Below, piece by piece: positions 29,718 through 32,000 of a DNA stretch of 32,000 nt. The translations under genes were made by a program, and so were the position numbers. How positions within the stretch are numbered: position 1 is the first letter of the stretch; every line of letters begins with the position of its first letter. The DNA comes from Corynebacterium amycolatum (GTDB lineage: Bacteria; Actinomycetota; Actinomycetes; Mycobacteriales; Mycobacteriaceae). Where the stretch lies: assembly GCF_049243625.1 (NCBI RefSeq), contig NZ_CP046975.1; one strand, 5' to 3'. The notes under the pieces are model-generated. The model had not been told where the DNA came from. It did no database searches and worked only from the letters and a program-made list of their open reading frames with translations.

Positions 29718-29784
29718 GAGTAGGCTCGTCCCTGTAAACATCATTTGCTTAGCTTAATTCTTATCTATATAGGCGAGGTTTCTC

Positions 29785-30042
29785 ATGCTCGGATTACGGT
29801 CGCGAAAACAGTCGGATGACATTCAGTCGCTTGCCGACGTCCCGGTGGGGGAAACCGTCACTCTGGGGGTGTCGCATGTGGATGAGCGCCTGTGTCGCAG
29901 GCTTTCGCAATTGGGGCTTCGTCCTGGAATGAGTGTCACGGTGGGACGGAGCACCAGCGGCGGTGGGCGAATCGTCCATGCAGGCGCAACGCGCTACGCC
30001 ATCGACGCCAGTACGCTGCACAAGATGTCCGTCGTGGGTTAG
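29785..30042 (+). CDS. feoA: FeoA-family ferrous iron transport protein A
   Basis: An 85-aa SH3-like FeoA pattern (VGETVTL...RRLSQLGLRPGMSVTV...GGRIVHAGATRYAI). RBS AGGCGAGG lies before ATG 29785. It is directly upstream of feoB. Confidence 0.8.
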   Translation: MLGLRSRKQSDDIQSLADVPVGETVTLGVSHVDERLCRRLSQLGLRPGMSVTVGRSTSGGGRIVHAGATRYAIDASTLHKMSVVG

Positions 30043-30086
30043 GTCCCCTACAACTCTTTTTCTCACCTCCCTCCTGAAAGTTAACA

Positions 30087-32000
30087 ATGACAACACCTAC
30101 GGATTCCTCAACGCGAAAATTCGCATCCACGCCCAGCTGCCATGCATGCAGCGGCGGAGCACCAGCAAAGGATGGTGCACCTGTTGTCGCAGTCGTAGGC
30201 GCACCGAACTCCGGTAAGTCAACACTGTTCAATAGTTTGACTGGCGCGAAAGCGCAGATGGGCAATTGGCCTGGTACGACCGTGGAGGTCAGCCGTGGCG
30301 CGTGGAAGACCGATGCCGCTGAGTACGATGTCATCGACTTCCCGGGCGCCTACTCGTTGGATGCCATGAGCCCGGACGAAGAGCTCACTCGCGAGATGCT
30401 CATCGAGAAACCGGAAGAAGAACGCCCGGATCTCGTCGTCGTTGTTGTCGATGCCACGGCACTGGGGCGTGGCCTCTACATGGCCGCGGAATTGGCGGAG
30501 CAGCCTCAGCGCATCGTTCTGGCGCTGACCAAACTCGATGTGGCCAAGGCCAAGGGCATCGATGTGAATCCGAACGCATTGCAGTCAGCTATGGGGATGC
30601 CAGTGGTGGCGCTGGATCCCCGTCGTAAAGCGGGAATGGCACGATTGGCCGACGCGGTAGCAGCGGCTCTGGACGGATGCAGTTCGGTGTCGTCACCGAT
30701 TCGCCAGGCCGATGGTGAATCGATTGAACGCCTGGACGACGCACGCTTTGCCGCGATTGATGCGGCGGTTGCGGCATCTACGGGCGGGGTAGAAGATCGC
30801 CAGACTTTCTCCGACCGTATTGATAACGTGGTTCTCCATCCGGTGCTCGGACCGATTGTGTTCCTGGCAGTTATGTGGACAGTCTTCCAGATCACGACGA
30901 CGGTTGCAGCACCGTTGCAGGACGGTTTGGAAACCCTTATTACCGGTAATTTCGCAGATCTGGTTACCCGTGGATTGGAAGCAATGGGATGGGACCATCC
31001 GATTGTCACGGGGCTGCTTGTGAACGGCATCATCGGCGGTGTCGGCATGGTGCTGACCTTCGTTCCTCTGATGGCACTCATGTTCCTGTGCCTTGCGGTG
31101 CTCGAGGATTCAGGGTATATGGCGCGTGCAGCCGTGGTGGCCGATCGTGTCATGCGAGCAATTGGTCTTCCGGGGAAGGCATTTATTCCGCTCATCGTCG
31201 GCTTTGGTTGTAACGTGCCAGCGATTTCGGCGACACGTGTGCTGAGTAATCCGCGCCACCGCATATTGACGGCACTACTGGTTCCGTTTACCTCCTGCTC
31301 GGCGCGCCTAACCGTTTATGTCATGTTGGGTGCGGTGTTCTTCCCGGAACACGCGGGCACAGTTGTCTTCGCTATGTACGTGATCTCGATTCTGTTGATC
31401 GTTCTGACCGGCCTTGCACTGCGTAATACCTTGTGGCGCACCATGCCGTCGGAACCGCTGGTCATTGATCTGCCAACCTATCAGTTACCGACCGCACGAC
31501 TGGCACTATCTGTGATGTGGATGCGCCTGAAGGGCTTCCTGCAGACCGCTAGTGGAATCATCGTCAGCACTGTCATCGTCGTTTGGCTACTGATGTCTAT
31601 CCCGGTTGTCTCCGGGCACTCCTTTGCCGATGAAGATCTGGCACCGCAGGACTCCGCATACGGTGCAGTCAGCGCAACTATTGCTCCTGTGTTTAACCCG
31701 GCAGGTTTCGGCACATGGTCCCTGACAGGTCCGTTGGTGACGGGCTTTGTGGCCAAGGAAGCCGTCATTTCTACCTGGGCACAGACCTATGCAGTAGAGG
31801 ACGTCACCGACTCGGATTCGACCGAACAGGCCTCCAGTCCACTCGCGGACAATATTCGACGTGATTTTGACAATGCATCCGATGGACACGGATTGGCAGC
31901 AGTCTGGGCATACATGATCTTCCTGCTGGCTTACACACCATGCGTGGCTACGCTCGCGGCACAACGTCGCGAGATCGGCTGGAAGTGGACGGGCTTCGGT
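30087..32000 (+). CDS. feoB: Ferrous iron transporter FeoB (N-terminal 638 codons; the 3' end lies outside the window)
   Basis: This ORF is not in the ORF track because it has no stop in the window; I translated it by hand from ATG 30087. G-domain motifs are G1 GAPNSGKSTLFN, G3 DFPG and G4 TKLD. The membrane domain has FeoB gate-like motifs (LEDSGYMARAA, GFGCNVPA). A 32-aa N-terminal extension carries CHAC. Confidence 0.9.
   Translation, partial: MTTPTDSSTRKFASTPSCHACSGGAPAKDGAPVVAVVGAPNSGKSTLFNSLTGAKAQMGNWPGTTVEVSRGAWKTDAAEYDVIDFPGAYSLDAMSPDEELTREMLIEKPEEERPDLVVVVVDATALGRGLYMAAELAEQPQRIVLALTKLDVAKAKGIDVNPNALQSAMGMPVVALDPRRKAGMARLADAVAAALDGCSSVSSPIRQADGESIERLDDARFAAIDAAVAASTGGVEDRQTFSDRIDNVVLHPVLGPIVFLAVMWTVFQITTTVAAPLQDGLETLITGNFADLVTRGLEAMGWDHPIVTGLLVNGIIGGVGMVLTFVPLMALMFLCLAVLEDSGYMARAAVVADRVMRAIGLPGKAFIPLIVGFGCNVPAISATRVLSNPRHRILTALLVPFTSCSARLTVYVMLGAVFFPEHAGTVVFAMYVISILLIVLTGLALRNTLWRTMPSEPLVIDLPTYQLPTARLALSVMWMRLKGFLQTASGIIVSTVIVVWLLMSIPVVSGHSFADEDLAPQDSAYGAVSATIAPVFNPAGFGTWSLTGPLVTGFVAKEAVISTWAQTYAVEDVTDSDSTEQASSPLADNIRRDFDNASDGHGLAAVWAYMIFLLAYTPCVATLAAQRREIGWKWTGFG

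Noticed and set aside
29794-30096. A 100-aa minus-strand ORF antisense to feoA. On the minus strand the feoA-feoB spacer reads as a strong Shine-Dalgarno-like GGAGGGAGGTGAG.
   Set aside because: The SD-like run lies inside, not upstream of, the GTG-initiated ORF. The only start codon just downstream of it (TTG) is immediately followed by a stop. The ORF fully overlaps the well-supported feoA, and its product is Arg/His/Pro-rich with no motif.

Overview
This window reads as core chromosome of a moderately GC-rich actinobacterium. By gene order and protein signatures it is most likely a Corynebacterium (Mycobacteriales); that assignment is inference, since no search was run. The backbone is dapB-thyX-dapA-rnj, a TIGR03085-like gene, ftsK, a Mn2+ riboswitch with a TerC-family gene, pgsA-cinA-clgR-pspA, a convergent bioYMN operon, DUF3046-recA-recX-miaB, three conserved genes of unknown function, and miaA-dapF. 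Two stretches look accessory. The left edge holds a sodium:solute symporter fragment, a small membrane protein, a single 803-aa ORF fusing GalT and GalK, and a DHA2 MFS exporter. The right edge, after dapF, holds an unrecognised acidic protein with a Cys/Gly-rich C-terminal tail. It is transcribed divergently from feoA-feoB across an AT-rich control region. I found no rRNA, tRNA, CRISPR array, transposase, integrase, prophage or recognisable defence genes. The points most worth a second look are the Cys-Gly-tailed protein paired with Feo (FeoB also has an N-terminal CxxC extension), the GalT-GalK fusion, and a perfect 19-bp inverted repeat with a 63-nt spacer between convergent genes. Several ORF-track starts appear too far upstream: the TerC gene, recA, bioY, dapF and the DUF349 and DUF3046 genes. 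Most long antisense ORFs are shadow frames. Overall the window is largely ordinary housekeeping DNA, and no finding amounts to a clear new multi-gene system.
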